A DNA stretch of 64,000 nucleotides, from positions 384,001-448,000 of the forward strand of contig CAWHAA010000010.1 of assembly GCA_963827275.1 (NCBI GenBank), written 5' to 3'. Both the position numbers and the translations under genes were made by a program. The notes beneath the pieces are model-generated. The model saw nothing but the letters and a program-made list of their open reading frames with translations, searched no databases and was not told the DNA's origin. Below are positions 28,539 through 39,156 of this stretch, in pieces. Each line of letters starts with the position of its first letter. The stretch's first letter is position 1. This stretch comes from an uncultured Spirochaetota bacterium. GTDB taxonomy: Bacteria > Spirochaetota > UBA4802 > UBA5550.

Positions 28539-29720
28539 TCAGCGCAGCTTTTCCGCGATCATGAGGTTGGACTTCTCCGGCACGAAGCCGTAACCGAAAT
28601 CGAAGGGAAGCGGCCCCGCGGACCTCTTCTTCATCACCCCGTCGAGGTCCCGCTGAAAGCGGTTGGCGAACATGGCCAGGACGCGGTAGTTGCCGTAGAA
28701 GCTGAGCGCCCACTCCTTTTCTGAGAAATATTTATACGGGATGCCGCTGTCCTCCTGGACAAGGTACCGGCTCCCTGCCAGCAGGTAGGCGCGCAGTATC
28801 GTGAAGTTGTCGTAACTCAGGAGGTATGATGCCGACTTGAGGAACGTGGTGAACCCGCTCCGCTTGCTCAGGAACGACGAGAACCCCCTGAGTCTGGTGA
28901 GGGACCCGTCGGAAAGATCGACGCTGAAAAAGCGCGCCGTCTTTACCGGAGACCCCGCCCTCTTCCTGAACGTAAACTCCACTCCCCCGGTCACCGCGGC
29001 GCCGACCGGGGGGCGGTCATAGCCGATGTTCCCGTCCCTGTCGATGAAGATATTTGTAATGCCGAGTATCCGGTAATCGTACCGGGCGAGGAAAAACATC
29101 ATCACCCCGGTGATGTTGCTGAACGAGCCGGCGCTGAAGTCAGCCTTCATCTCGCTGGTGCGGAAAAGATTCAGGTCCAGTATCGTCCTCAACGAATTCC
29201 TGAGCCGCCAGAGCTCATTATACACCGTGCCGGCCGGCAGGCCGAGCGGCTCCGGCACGTCACCGGGCAGCTCCAGCCCTATCATCACATATTCATCAGC
29301 GCCCGGGAAAAACACGAGCGCGTTCAGGATGTCCGGCCCGCTGAAGGGATACATGACCAGCCCCGTTCCCTTTCCCGCGACATGTTTTCTTCTCCATGAT
29401 TCCATGTGTTTCAGGTTGCGGGCCCTGAACCGCTCCCACATGTCGTCGACACCCGCCCGGTACGCGCGGTACCGGTCGTCCCGGGTCAGTGGATACAGGG
29501 ACGATCCCCGCCGCACGGGGGTCCCCGCCAGGAACGCGGCCGTATCGTCAAGCGAGCGCGCGTCTTTGTAGAGCGACCGTACCTGCGACTCGCTGAGGCA
29601 CCTCCTGTCGCCGCACGATACGAACATGAGCCCGACCACGGAACAGAGCAGCAGCGCCGCGATGCCTTTTCTTGTCATATACATCCTCATCAATAAAAAA
29701 ATCAGCCTGTCAGCAGTCAA
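28539..29720 (-). CDS. Hypothetical lipoprotein
   Basis: Lipobox FVSC; YPFSGPD, KSASYL, QEDSGIPY motifs; true start may be 10-14 codons downstream. Confidence 0.6.
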   Translation of the reverse strand: MTADRLIFLLMRMYMTRKGIAALLLCSVVGLMFVSCGDRRCLSESQVRSLYKDARSLDDTAAFLAGTPVRRGSSLYPLTRDDRYRAYRAGVDDMWERFRARNLKHMESWRRKHVAGKGTGLVMYPFSGPDILNALVFFPGADEYVMIGLELPGDVPEPLGLPAGTVYNELWRLRNSLRTILDLNLFRTSEMKADFSAGSFSNITGVMMFFLARYDYRILGITNIFIDRDGNIGYDRPPVGAAVTGGVEFTFRKRAGSPVKTARFFSVDLSDGSLTRLRGFSSFLSKRSGFTTFLKSASYLLSYDNFTILRAYLLAGSRYLVQEDSGIPYKYFSEKEWALSFYGNYRVLAMFANRFQRDLDGVMKKRSAGPLPFDFGYGFVPEKSNLMIAEKLR

Positions 29721-32662
29721 GCGTTGAAGCTTCTGTTGCCGTCGCCGGCCAGCAGCTGCGCCAGCTCGCGGGAAACATCCTCCATGGTATAGGGCTTCTG
29801 CAGAAAACCCTTCGCGCCCAGCGTGAGCACCTCGTCTATCCGCGCATCATTCCTGAAACCCGACGTGATCAGCACCTTTACCCCGGCATCCATGCCTTTC
29901 AGCTCTATGAATGTCTCCTTTCCCGAGCGCTTCGGCATCACCATGTCCAGTATGACGCCGTCGATCTCCCGATGCCTCTCCCTGAAGACCTCGATGCCCC
30001 GCTGGCCGTTCTCGGCAAGGATGACATCATACCCGAGAATGGACAGCATCTTCTCGCAGGTTTTTCGTATGGCCGGGTCGTCTTCGATCAGGAGGATGGT
30101 GCCCTCGCCGGAACGATGCTCCGTGTCAGGCGGCCCGTCAGTGTCACCGGCCGCATCATGCATCGATGACGGGATATAGACAGTAAAGGTGGTGCCCGTG
30201 CCGACCTCCGAATATACATCGATAAAGCCGTTATGCTGCTTTATGATATTGTACACCATTGCCAGCCCCAGCCCGGTCCCGCCAAGGCTCTCCTTTGTGG
30301 TGAAAAACGGGTCGAACACCCGCTCCCGGGTATCCTGGTCCATCCCGACGCCCGTATCGCTCACGCGCAGGCAGATGTACTCGGGCGATGTGGCATCGGA
30401 ATATTTTGCCGTGAAATCGCGGTCGGTCGTAAGCCGGTATAGTATCACCGCCAGCGTCCCGGCATGCTCGCCGCCCGGGCCCCGCATGATGGTCATCGCG
30501 TCGTGCGAATTGATGCACAGGTTCAGAAGCACCTGCTCGAGCTGCGTCTCGTCCCCCATGACGACCGCCGGGACAGCGGCATTGTACCGGAAATCGAGCT
30601 CTACCTTTTTGTCAAAGGTGTTCCTGCATATTTCATGCACATGCTCGATGATGCCGTTGAGGTCGGTGAGTCCCATCGTGAGCCGCTTGCGCTTCGATAT
30701 GGCGAGGATCTGCTCGACCATTTTCATGGCCCGCTCGGCCGATATTTTCAGCACCTCCATATCGTCCTTCAAATCATCGGAGTCTATCCGCTTGTTGTTT
30801 TTCAACTTGAACTCAATGAGCGATATTGATCCGATGATGCCCCCCAGGATGTTATTGAAGTCATGAGCGATACCGCCGGCGAGACTCCCGATGATCTCCA
30901 TCTTCTGCGACTGGATCAGGCGCTGTTCGAGCCGTTGTTTTTCCGTGACATCGCGTATGATCCCCCGTATGCCCGCTATCCCGCTGTCGGAGGTTGTCAC
31001 CGCCGCCTTGTTCTCGCCGATGATGACGCTCCCGTCCCTGCGCTTTACGGCATGGATGAAAACGGTTATCGTCGCGCCCTCCCGTCGATGGTCAAGGAGG
31101 CCTTTCATCGTTTCAAAATCCTCGGCGTCCATGATGGTGCCCAGCGGGAGCCCCGCCGCAAGGTCAGCGGGGCTGTATCCGGTCAGGAGGAAGCCGGTTT
31201 CGTTCAGGTAGGTGATGTTCAGGTTCATGTCAGTCTCATAGATGATGTCCGGGAGGAGCGCGGTAAGCTCCCGGTACTTTTTCTCCGACTGCCGGATCTC
31301 CTCCCCGCGCTTCTTCAGGTCAGACACCATGTTGTTGAACTGCTCCGATATGTAGCCGATTTCATCAAGTGACGCCACCTCGATGCGGTGGTCCAGGCTT
31401 CCCTTCTGGAGATGCTCTATCCCGTTCAGAAGGTTGCGGAGCGGCCGCACCAGGCTTATGGCGACCATGAACCGTATGAGGAAAAAGAGGAACACGACAA
31501 TCCCCAGCGAGGTGTTAAAGCCGATTGAGACAAATTCATGTATATACCTGCGGTAGGAAACATAGGGGAAGCCCGCCTGTATCAGGTACCGGTCGCTTCG
31601 CGCGTCGCGGAACAGGTAGATGTTTTTACCCAGCGTTTTAAAATGATAGCTGCCGTTGGTCAGCGATGCCGTCGCGCGTGTAACGGGCAACCGGGGCTGT
31701 CGGCCGACAAGGTATCTCTCACTGCCGTCTTCCCTGTTCAGCAGGGTGATGTATTCCGCGGAGCGGCCGTATCGCTTCGCATAATACGCCCGGTCAAGGA
31801 TGTTCCTCGACACGTCGAACTCTATCTGACGGACCGTCGTGTCGAGGGTGGCGAAATATCCCCGCTTGTATGACAGGAACGTGAACGAGGATATAATGTT
31901 GATGATGATAATGGCCAGAAAGAGTATGACAATGCCCGTTTTGTCGGAATAGTAGAACCCGATCCTGGCATGGTCGATGTAGGTCCAAAAAAAATAAATC
32001 ATGCAGGCGCCCGTCACAAATGTCATCAGCGTATTCCCGATGTTTTCGTCAATATGCAAGTAGCGCACCATGACGAACGACAGGGGGAGCGTCCCCAGGC
32101 CGATCAGCAGGCAGAGGGATATTTTACCCAGGTATGTCTTTGCGTCCCCCCTGAACATCAGCAGCTTGATGACCAGGTTCTTTGCGGTTATGCCGGCCAT
32201 GACAACGAGCATGAGAACAATGTATTTGCGAACAGGCACCGGGGAGATCATGTATATGTCAAGGGCCGGGTTAAAGGAGACCTGCATCGGACGCTGGAAG
32301 TCGATGAACAGGGCCCGCAATAATATCGCGCACCCGATCATCAAACCGAGGATAAACACGATTGTCCGTTCCCGCGGGAACATCGGCTCTATGAAATAAT
32401 ACGAAAACATCACGAGGCCGAGGTAGGAAAACACGGTGTACCCGGAATTATAAAAATAAAATTCCGGGTAGGCGGAGACCGGGTCAAACAGGGTATTGCC
32501 GACGATAAAGCAGAGCTGCCAGACGAACAGCATGGACACGAAAAAGATAAACGAAAGCACCTCGGGGCTTTTTTCGGCCCGGATCGCGAAGTATGAGATC
32601 ATTATCAGCAGGAGGACCGCCAATAACATATGGTTGATGGATATTATATTATAAAGCCACAT
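29717..32662 (-). CDS. Hybrid sensor histidine kinase (multi-TM, HAMP, PAS, HisKA/HATPase, REC)
   Basis: IAHDFNNIL H-box, NLCINSHDA, DTGVGM, FFTTK, GTGLGL; receiver domain ILDMVMP. Confidence 0.93.
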   Translation of the reverse strand: MWLYNIISINHMLLAVLLLIMISYFAIRAEKSPEVLSFIFFVSMLFVWQLCFIVGNTLFDPVSAYPEFYFYNSGYTVFSYLGLVMFSYYFIEPMFPRERTIVFILGLMIGCAILLRALFIDFQRPMQVSFNPALDIYMISPVPVRKYIVLMLVVMAGITAKNLVIKLLMFRGDAKTYLGKISLCLLIGLGTLPLSFVMVRYLHIDENIGNTLMTFVTGACMIYFFWTYIDHARIGFYYSDKTGIVILFLAIIIINIISSFTFLSYKRGYFATLDTTVRQIEFDVSRNILDRAYYAKRYGRSAEYITLLNREDGSERYLVGRQPRLPVTRATASLTNGSYHFKTLGKNIYLFRDARSDRYLIQAGFPYVSYRRYIHEFVSIGFNTSLGIVVFLFFLIRFMVAISLVRPLRNLLNGIEHLQKGSLDHRIEVASLDEIGYISEQFNNMVSDLKKRGEEIRQSEKKYRELTALLPDIIYETDMNLNITYLNETGFLLTGYSPADLAAGLPLGTIMDAEDFETMKGLLDHRREGATITVFIHAVKRRDGSVIIGENKAAVTTSDSGIAGIRGIIRDVTEKQRLEQRLIQSQKMEIIGSLAGGIAHDFNNILGGIIGSISLIEFKLKNNKRIDSDDLKDDMEVLKISAERAMKMVEQILAISKRKRLTMGLTDLNGIIEHVHEICRNTFDKKVELDFRYNAAVPAVVMGDETQLEQVLLNLCINSHDAMTIMRGPGGEHAGTLAVILYRLTTDRDFTAKYSDATSPEYICLRVSDTGVGMDQDTRERVFDPFFTTKESLGGTGLGLAMVYNIIKQHNGFIDVYSEVGTGTTFTVYIPSSMHDAAGDTDGPPDTEHRSGEGTILLIEDDPAIRKTCEKMLSILGYDVILAENGQRGIEVFRERHREIDGVILDMVMPKRSGKETFIELKGMDAGVKVLITSGFRNDARIDEVLTLGAKGFLQKPYTMEDVSRELAQLLAGDGNRSFNA

Positions 32663-32716
32663 ATATCACACCGTTTAACACCGGTTGTTTTAATTAGTAC
32701 TACCCGCCCCCGCCTG

Positions 32717-33901
32717 TCAATTATTAAGCGCATCCGCCGCATTATTATCCATGCCGGACAGCCCTCTCCGGGGCGGCGTCCGCCGTGCGCCCTGGCGCGC
32801 GTCAAAACGCATCTCGGTTACCGGCCCGACAACGCCAAACCTGTTCATGATCCGCGCGCGAACGACGTTCTCCCCCCGCGCAGGCATGATCTCAATCCGG
32901 TCGCCGGCGATCTTCCAGTCCTGTTCGTTGATTTTGACAAGGTATTCCATGAAATTCGGGGTGTAGTTGTTTTCGCCGAACGCGTCAAGCCGCAACCTGA
33001 CCGGGCCGCCGCCGGTCCCCGCCCCGCCCTCCGGGATGATGTCCACCCGGTTCAGGTCATGAAAGAGGCTCCCCGGGGGGTACCCCTTGCCGTCGAAGAA
33101 GAACGACTGGATACTGTTCCTTCTGCGGGCCTTTTTCGCCATCTCGTACATCGGGTCCCAGCGCGCCTTTCCCCCGGAACCGCCTGATGAAAAAAAATCA
33201 TTGCGTCCCAGCACCGATATTTTGTCAGCATAACTCGGCCACGCCCGGTCCAGAGGGAGGAGCCTCCATATGCGGCTGTCCCTTCGCCTGACGGGCAGAT
33301 CGCGCACCCCGTACCGGCGCACATGTTTCCCCGCCCCGAACAGATACACGAGGTCCCTGCCCCTGTTTTTCTTCCATTCGCGGCGTATTTCGTGTATGCC
33401 CAGGGGCATGCCCCGCAGCTCGAGGTGGATGTTCCACGTCGGATCGAAATAGACCCACTTGCGGTGCTGGTTCGACCATATGTCGGCGCCGGCATGCTCC
33501 TCGCCGGTCGGCCGTTTCAGAAATACCAGGCGGGCGGTCCATCCCATGCTCGCGGCGCACTGGACAAGCACCGTTGCCTTCGTCGTGCAGAGGAAGGCGT
33601 CCCCCCTGCCGGCGCGCCGCAGGATCGTGCGGGAATCGCGCAGCTCCGCGTCGCCGAAATTCAGGCCGTAGGGGATGCGCGCGTACACCCAGTCTTTCAG
33701 CAGCGCCATCTCCTCCATCTCGTTTGTTCCTGCCGACGCATGCGCGGCAAAATCGTACTCCTCCCTGAGCTGCGTGAGCCGCGGGTCCTCGGCCTCCTCG
33801 TGGTGGAACAGAATCGGGGCCCGCTGTGTGTCGGCGGCGGACAGTGCGCCCGCTAACAGGATGCAGACGGTGCCGATAATTGTGAGGGACCGGAACAGCA
33901 C
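32717..33901 (-). CDS. Secreted transglutaminase-like protein with an intact Cys-His-Asp triad
   Basis: AFLCTTKA, EHAGADIW, WVYFDPT; signal peptide. Confidence 0.75.
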   Translation of the reverse strand: MLFRSLTIIGTVCILLAGALSAADTQRAPILFHHEEAEDPRLTQLREEYDFAAHASAGTNEMEEMALLKDWVYARIPYGLNFGDAELRDSRTILRRAGRGDAFLCTTKATVLVQCAASMGWTARLVFLKRPTGEEHAGADIWSNQHRKWVYFDPTWNIHLELRGMPLGIHEIRREWKKNRGRDLVYLFGAGKHVRRYGVRDLPVRRRDSRIWRLLPLDRAWPSYADKISVLGRNDFFSSGGSGGKARWDPMYEMAKKARRRNSIQSFFFDGKGYPPGSLFHDLNRVDIIPEGGAGTGGGPVRLRLDAFGENNYTPNFMEYLVKINEQDWKIAGDRIEIMPARGENVVRARIMNRFGVVGPVTEMRFDARQGARRTPPRRGLSGMDNNAADALNN

Positions 33902-33904
33902 TGG

Positions 33905-35701
33905 TTATTCCTTCAGGTCCACGACCGTTATACTGACGGGACCGGTCACGACGTCCGCGCCGCCGCCGGGTTCCGTGCCGGACCACCGGCATACCCGGCT
34001 CCATTCCGCCTCGGCGAACACGCTCCGGTAATCGCTGGCATCGAAATCCCCCTCGAACATCACGCAATAGCCGTTTGAGATGACGGCGAACGACTCCTTC
34101 GCCCTGTCGTAATCCCTGCCAAGGCCGATATCGACCCAGCCGGTCCCCGGCATATACACCTGGTTCCAGGTCGCGGTCGGTTCCTGCCCGTCCTCCCTTC
34201 CGGTCTGCCCTATTGCCAGGCCGCCGGCGGCACGCGCCGGTATGCCCAGGACGCGCGACAGGGCGGTGAACCCGACCGTCTGACCGTACGCGTCGCCCCT
34301 GCCCCTGAAGAGGTAATCGCTCGCCTTCACCCAGCGGTCTCCGTACGCGGTAAAGCGTATCGCGTCATTCACATAATCACGGACCGCCAGGACCCGCGAG
34401 AGACAGGTGCCGCCTGCGACGATATTCGACGAATGGGACTTGACCACGTAATGCGATATATCAAAGACGCTGGTCTCACCAGGCGGTGCCGGTCCGCTTT
34501 CACCGCCGGGGACAAAATCGCCCTCTGCCCCGACCGTCTGGGCGGCCGCGGCCGTTATGATGTCAAACCTGAGCAGGGCGCGCACGCTTCCGGTGGCCCG
34601 GTCAAACCTGAGCCGCGCCCACCGGTTGCCGAACCGGTCCTCGGTGATCTCCCGCGGCGCAGGATCGATGGAAATCTGCCTGACATTCTGGAAACGCCGG
34701 TTGGACGGATACGGCACCCAGAGATCGGCATTGTACGGGGACGAATTCCTCCCGGTGACCGGGATGGTAACCGTTATCCTCCGCACGGCAGGCCCGGCCA
34801 GCACCAGGTTCCTGTCCTCGAGGACCGCTACCGGCGAAACGACCGCGCCGCCCTGCCCGTTTACCATGCAGTAGATGCGCTTCCCGTCGCCGGCAAGGGC
34901 CACAGGCCCGGTGTCCACGAACCGCAGCTTTTTTTTCATCACACCGGACGGATCGAACATCAGCAGCCAGTGCTCGGCATACCGGTCAAACTCGTTGAGA
35001 TAGGCGACAATGCCCCCCTGGCAGGAGGCGACCCCGCCGATCATCCCCCGGTACGAGCCGATCTCCTTCAACCGGCGGCCCGAAGGGTTGAACTGGAAGA
35101 GCGCCGATCCGTCCCCGCGCCTTACGGCGAACGTCAGGACGTCGCCGGCGCAGGCAAGGCCGCGGATCGCGCCCTCGGGCAGGGAGCGTATGCCGACTGA
35201 GCCGGCGGTTTTCCCCGAGAACGTGAGCTTGCGGATAAAATATTTCTCCGACCTGCTTATTATCCATATATGGCGGTCATCGCAGGTAATGGCCTCGGCC
35301 CCGAGGCGGCCGATCCCCCAGATCGTCTGTATCCTGCCCGTATGTCTGTCAATGGAAAAGATGGCATCGGATACCAGGTTGAAATTATTAACCAGCACGT
35401 ACAGGACATCACCGCGCACCGCGAGATCCACGATATCGCCCTTTACAGGGGCAATCCTGGTGCTCGTTATATCATTACCGAAGAAGCCCGCAAGCCTGTT
35501 TCCGCCGCTGTCAGTCCATTCAAGGGCGGGATCGGGAGGCCGGGGCGCCTCCTTTTTGTGCTTAACATGACGCGCGGAAGAATATCGCGCCCGTGATACG
35601 CCTTTCTTTCGCGTTTTTGACAGGAGCCCCTGGTCCGCGAGAAAAGTAAGAAGAATGCAAAATAGTATTACCGCCCTTGCCCTGAGCATCCCTTCAACCA
35701 T
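33905..35701 (-). CDS. Secreted protein with an N-terminal beta-rich region and a degenerate transglutaminase-like domain
   Basis: GRGDAYGQ..FTALSRVLGIPAR, WNQVYMPGTGWV; catalytic residues replaced. Confidence 0.65.
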   Translation of the reverse strand: MVEGMLRARAVILFCILLTFLADQGLLSKTRKKGVSRARYSSARHVKHKKEAPRPPDPALEWTDSGGNRLAGFFGNDITSTRIAPVKGDIVDLAVRGDVLYVLVNNFNLVSDAIFSIDRHTGRIQTIWGIGRLGAEAITCDDRHIWIISRSEKYFIRKLTFSGKTAGSVGIRSLPEGAIRGLACAGDVLTFAVRRGDGSALFQFNPSGRRLKEIGSYRGMIGGVASCQGGIVAYLNEFDRYAEHWLLMFDPSGVMKKKLRFVDTGPVALAGDGKRIYCMVNGQGGAVVSPVAVLEDRNLVLAGPAVRRITVTIPVTGRNSSPYNADLWVPYPSNRRFQNVRQISIDPAPREITEDRFGNRWARLRFDRATGSVRALLRFDIITAAAAQTVGAEGDFVPGGESGPAPPGETSVFDISHYVVKSHSSNIVAGGTCLSRVLAVRDYVNDAIRFTAYGDRWVKASDYLFRGRGDAYGQTVGFTALSRVLGIPARAAGGLAIGQTGREDGQEPTATWNQVYMPGTGWVDIGLGRDYDRAKESFAVISNGYCVMFEGDFDASDYRSVFAEAEWSRVCRWSGTEPGGGADVVTGPVSITVVDLKE

Positions 35702-35818
35702 ATCATGAAAATTTTTTATACATAGAACAATTATTCATCTGTAAAGTCAACACAATATGGGCCCTGTGCGGCCCGGTGATCGTGTTCAACACGCGCTTTC
35801 CGGCATCATGACATCCGG

Positions 35819-38017
35819 TCAGGGCACGTCGGTCGCCGACAGCCGCCACGCGACTGCGAGCGCCGCCAGAAGCACCGCGATGACCGCGGCAAGCGTGCCC
35901 GCCATCCCCGCGAGCGGCAGGAACACCATCACCGTGAGCAGCGAGCCGGCAATGGCGCCGAAATGGTCCATCGCGTCAAGCGCCGAGGCGGATTCAAGGT
36001 ACCCGTCGCGCCCGATCGCTGAAAAGAGGGCGGGAAAGAGCGCGCCGCACAGGAAAGCAAAAACGACGAGCAGCGGCCAGAACAGCGCCCCGGTCCCGGG
36101 AAGCGTCAGGGCAAGCATGCCGAGCACGGCCAGTGCGAGGCCGGCGACGATCACCCGGGGCCGCGGCGTTCCGCCGCGCGCCGCGGCAAAGCCCCCCGCG
36201 GCGAGCCCCAGCATGAAAAATGCGTTGATGAGCGCGATGCGGTGGTAGACGATACCGTGCGCATTCTGGTACAGGATAATCATGACCAGCATCGCCGACA
36301 TGCTCGCCAGGCCGGTCGCGCAGATCACCGCGCCCGCTGCCATGCGGCGGGCGCCGTAGCGGCGCCTGATGTCCAGGAGCGCGGCTGCCACGGCAAGGGC
36401 CGCCAGCACCGGCAGGAGCCAGAAACCCCGGACCAGAAAATAGAGCGCCGAACGCTCGCGGAAAGCGGCCAGCACGGTGTTCCTCCAGTACGCGCCCGGC
36501 CGCATGTCCCGGTTTTCACCGGCCCCTCCCTGCATGCGGGCCATCTCCTTTTCGAAATACCCGACATGTGTCTCCTCGAAAAACATGCGCAGCTCGCGGG
36601 GAGAAAAATTATCGCCGATCTCCTTCTCGAAGGCGGCGCGCGGCGGGTTCGCTTCATAGCGCGCGATCAATGCGCCGCCGCCTGCGGGAAGGACGCCCGC
36701 TTCCGGGGCCCCGGCGAGGTAGATCGTCTCGCCCGATGTCACCAGCCGGGAGGGGAATTCGGCCGAGAAGCCCCGGTAGATTGACGCGATGAACCCGCGC
36801 ATCTCCGGCGACATGTAATTGCTGAAGCCATGCAGCGACGTCATGAAGACCCCGCCCGGTCCCAGCCGCTTTCTGCACAGGGCGTAAAACTCACGGGTGT
36901 AGAAACGGTTCAGCATGATGTTCTCCGGGGCGGGCGGCAGGCTGATGATCATGTCGAAACGCCCGGGATGCCGCGCGAGAAAATGCCGCGGGTCTTCCCG
37001 ATAGAGTACAAGCTTCGAATCGTCCGTGCCGGGATAGAAGCTCTTCCTCCACGGCGCCACCGCCTCCCAGAGGCCGGGGTCCGGCTCGATATAGGTCAGG
37101 CGCTCGATATCGGTGCGCAGCAGGTTGTTAAGCAGCGCGCCGGGGCCCGATCCCATGAGGAGCACGTGTTTCCTGTCTCCCCGCAGCGCATTCACCAGGT
37201 GCACGATCCCGCGGGACTCGTAGCGGTCCGGCAGGGTGTACATCAGCATGCCGTTGCCGTACACGCTGACCGTATCGCCGGACGACTCCACCGCGACCGC
37301 CTGGTATTTCGTGCGCCGGTAGCTTTCGAGCGTGCCCGGGTGGGTCCGCTCCCACGCGGCGGCGAGTATCCGGGTCTCTATCCGGTCCGAAAAAAAGACG
37401 CAGGCGAGAGGGATCAGGGCGGCGGGGACGAGTCTTCTGCCGCCCAGGAACGCGATGAGGACAAGCGCCGCGCACAGGAGCCCCGACGCGAGGGCAAGCG
37501 GGTTCGCGGCCTCCACCAGCAGGAAGGAGAAGGCCATGCCGCCCGCGAACGAGCCGAGCGACTCGGCGCAGAACACGTGGCCGCCCGACCGTTCGCCCAT
37601 CAGCGCCGAAGCCAGCGCCACGAGGGGAGGGAAAAAAAAGCCGACGAAAAACCCGGCGGGCACGGCGCACGCCAGGGCGATGAGGGCCTCTGCCGTGAAG
37701 GAATAGAAGGTCCCGGCCGCTCGGGGAACGAGCACCTGCAGCGCGTGGGTCCCGTACACCGCCCCGGCCATCAGGAGCGGCAGCAGCGCCATTGAGAGAA
37801 GCACGCGCCGCACGAGCGCTTCCGGTGCGCCGGGGGGATTGATACGGGCCCCCAGGAAAATACCGAGGAACCAGGAGGAAAAAATTATGCCGATGATGAG
37901 CTCGTTGCCGCGGCAGACGGTGAGGAGCTCGCGTATGAGCACCACCTGGATGATCGCCGCCTCGATCCCCGTGAAGAAAGCGACCGCGGTGATCCCGGCG
38001 CGGCCGGGCCGCTTCAC
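35819..38017 (-). CDS. Polytopic membrane protein with a central spermidine-synthase-like (SAM-binding) domain
   Basis: TM blocks flank TKYQ, VLLMGSGPG, IEPDP, FYTREFY..L.PGGV; GTG start overlaps the amrS stop. Confidence 0.8.
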   Translation of the reverse strand: MKRPGRAGITAVAFFTGIEAAIIQVVLIRELLTVCRGNELIIGIIFSSWFLGIFLGARINPPGAPEALVRRVLLSMALLPLLMAGAVYGTHALQVLVPRAAGTFYSFTAEALIALACAVPAGFFVGFFFPPLVALASALMGERSGGHVFCAESLGSFAGGMAFSFLLVEAANPLALASGLLCAALVLIAFLGGRRLVPAALIPLACVFFSDRIETRILAAAWERTHPGTLESYRRTKYQAVAVESSGDTVSVYGNGMLMYTLPDRYESRGIVHLVNALRGDRKHVLLMGSGPGALLNNLLRTDIERLTYIEPDPGLWEAVAPWRKSFYPGTDDSKLVLYREDPRHFLARHPGRFDMIISLPPAPENIMLNRFYTREFYALCRKRLGPGGVFMTSLHGFSNYMSPEMRGFIASIYRGFSAEFPSRLVTSGETIYLAGAPEAGVLPAGGGALIARYEANPPRAAFEKEIGDNFSPRELRMFFEETHVGYFEKEMARMQGGAGENRDMRPGAYWRNTVLAAFRERSALYFLVRGFWLLPVLAALAVAAALLDIRRRYGARRMAAGAVICATGLASMSAMLVMIILYQNAHGIVYHRIALINAFFMLGLAAGGFAAARGGTPRPRVIVAGLALAVLGMLALTLPGTGALFWPLLVVFAFLCGALFPALFSAIGRDGYLESASALDAMDHFGAIAGSLLTVMVFLPLAGMAGTLAAVIAVLLAALAVAWRLSATDVP

Positions 38018-39156
38018 GCCCACACCCCCGGGATTTTGGTGCCGCAGAAGGGACACGCGCCGCCCCTGACGCCGCTCTTCACGCTGAAGTACCCGCTCCG
38101 CTCGATGATGATCCTGTTGCAGTTATGGCAGTAGGTGTTCTCCCACCGGTGGCCGCTCACGTTCCCGACGTAGGCATAGCGTATCCCTTCCTCTTTCGCT
38201 ATGGTGCGGCAGCGCTCCAGGGTCGATACCGGCGTGGGCGGCAGGTTCTGTATCCGGTACATGGCGTGGAACCGCGTGAAGTGCATGGGCACGTTCGCCG
38301 AGAGGTTCTTCCTGACCCAGGCGGCCATCCTGCGTATCTCGGCCGGGCTGTCGTTGAGGGTGGGGATCACCAGGACCACGATCTCCACCCAGGCGCCGGC
38401 CGCGTGCACCGCCGCCAGGTTGTCAAGCACCGGGGCGAGCCTGCCGCCGCAGACCGAGGAGTAGAATTTTTCAGAAAAGGCCTTGAGGTCTATCTTGATG
38501 CCGTCCATCGCCCGGGCCAGGGTCCGGCCCGCCTCGGGCATGATGTAGCCGTTCGATATGATGACCGGCCTGACCCCCTGCCGCCGCGCCGATGCCGCCG
38601 CGTCCAGGATGTACTCGTACTGCACCGTGGGCTCGTTGTAGGTGAAGGCGATAACCTTCGATCCGGCCGAGCGGGCGCGCTGCGACAGCCCATCCGGTGT
38701 TATCGGCGTCGCATCCAGCTCCTCGGGGTCAGCCTGGGAGAGCTGCCAGTTCTGGCAGAACTGGCAGGACAGGTTACAGCCGGCGGTGGCCACGGAATAC
38801 GCGGTTGCGCCGGGCAGGAAGTGGAACATCGGCTTCTTCTCTACCGGGTCCACGTGGGCAGCCGCGATCCTGCCATAAACGAGGGTGCGGAGCTCGCCCC
38901 CGATATTCTGCCGCGCCCTGCAGGCGCCCCGGTCGCCTTCGCCGAGCCTGCACCCGTTGGGGCAGAGCCGGCATAGCACGTCGCCGCCCTGAAGCTTCTT
39001 CCACATCTTCGCCGGCCTGGTGAAACGGTCGCCCGGCTGCCCGGAAGCCCCGGAACAGCCGGCAAGGCCGAGGCCCCCCAGGGCGAGCAGGCACAGTCCC
39101 TGACCGCTCGTCAGGAGGAATTCCCTGCGCGGCATCGTGGCGCGCCGGCGTCTCAT
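38014..39156 (-). CDS. amrS: AmmeMemoRadiSam radical SAM enzyme with a Tat/lipoprotein signal
   Basis: CRLCPNGC, DPVEKKP.FHF.PG, CNLSCQFCQNW, FTYNEP, DLKAF, C-terminal CxxC..CxxC; N-terminus RREFL...LAGC. Confidence 0.92.
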   Translation of the reverse strand: MRRRRATMPRREFLLTSGQGLCLLALGGLGLAGCSGASGQPGDRFTRPAKMWKKLQGGDVLCRLCPNGCRLGEGDRGACRARQNIGGELRTLVYGRIAAAHVDPVEKKPMFHFLPGATAYSVATAGCNLSCQFCQNWQLSQADPEELDATPITPDGLSQRARSAGSKVIAFTYNEPTVQYEYILDAAASARRQGVRPVIISNGYIMPEAGRTLARAMDGIKIDLKAFSEKFYSSVCGGRLAPVLDNLAAVHAAGAWVEIVVLVIPTLNDSPAEIRRMAAWVRKNLSANVPMHFTRFHAMYRIQNLPPTPVSTLERCRTIAKEEGIRYAYVGNVSGHRWENTYCHNCNRIIIERSGYFSVKSGVRGGACPFCGTKIPGVWA

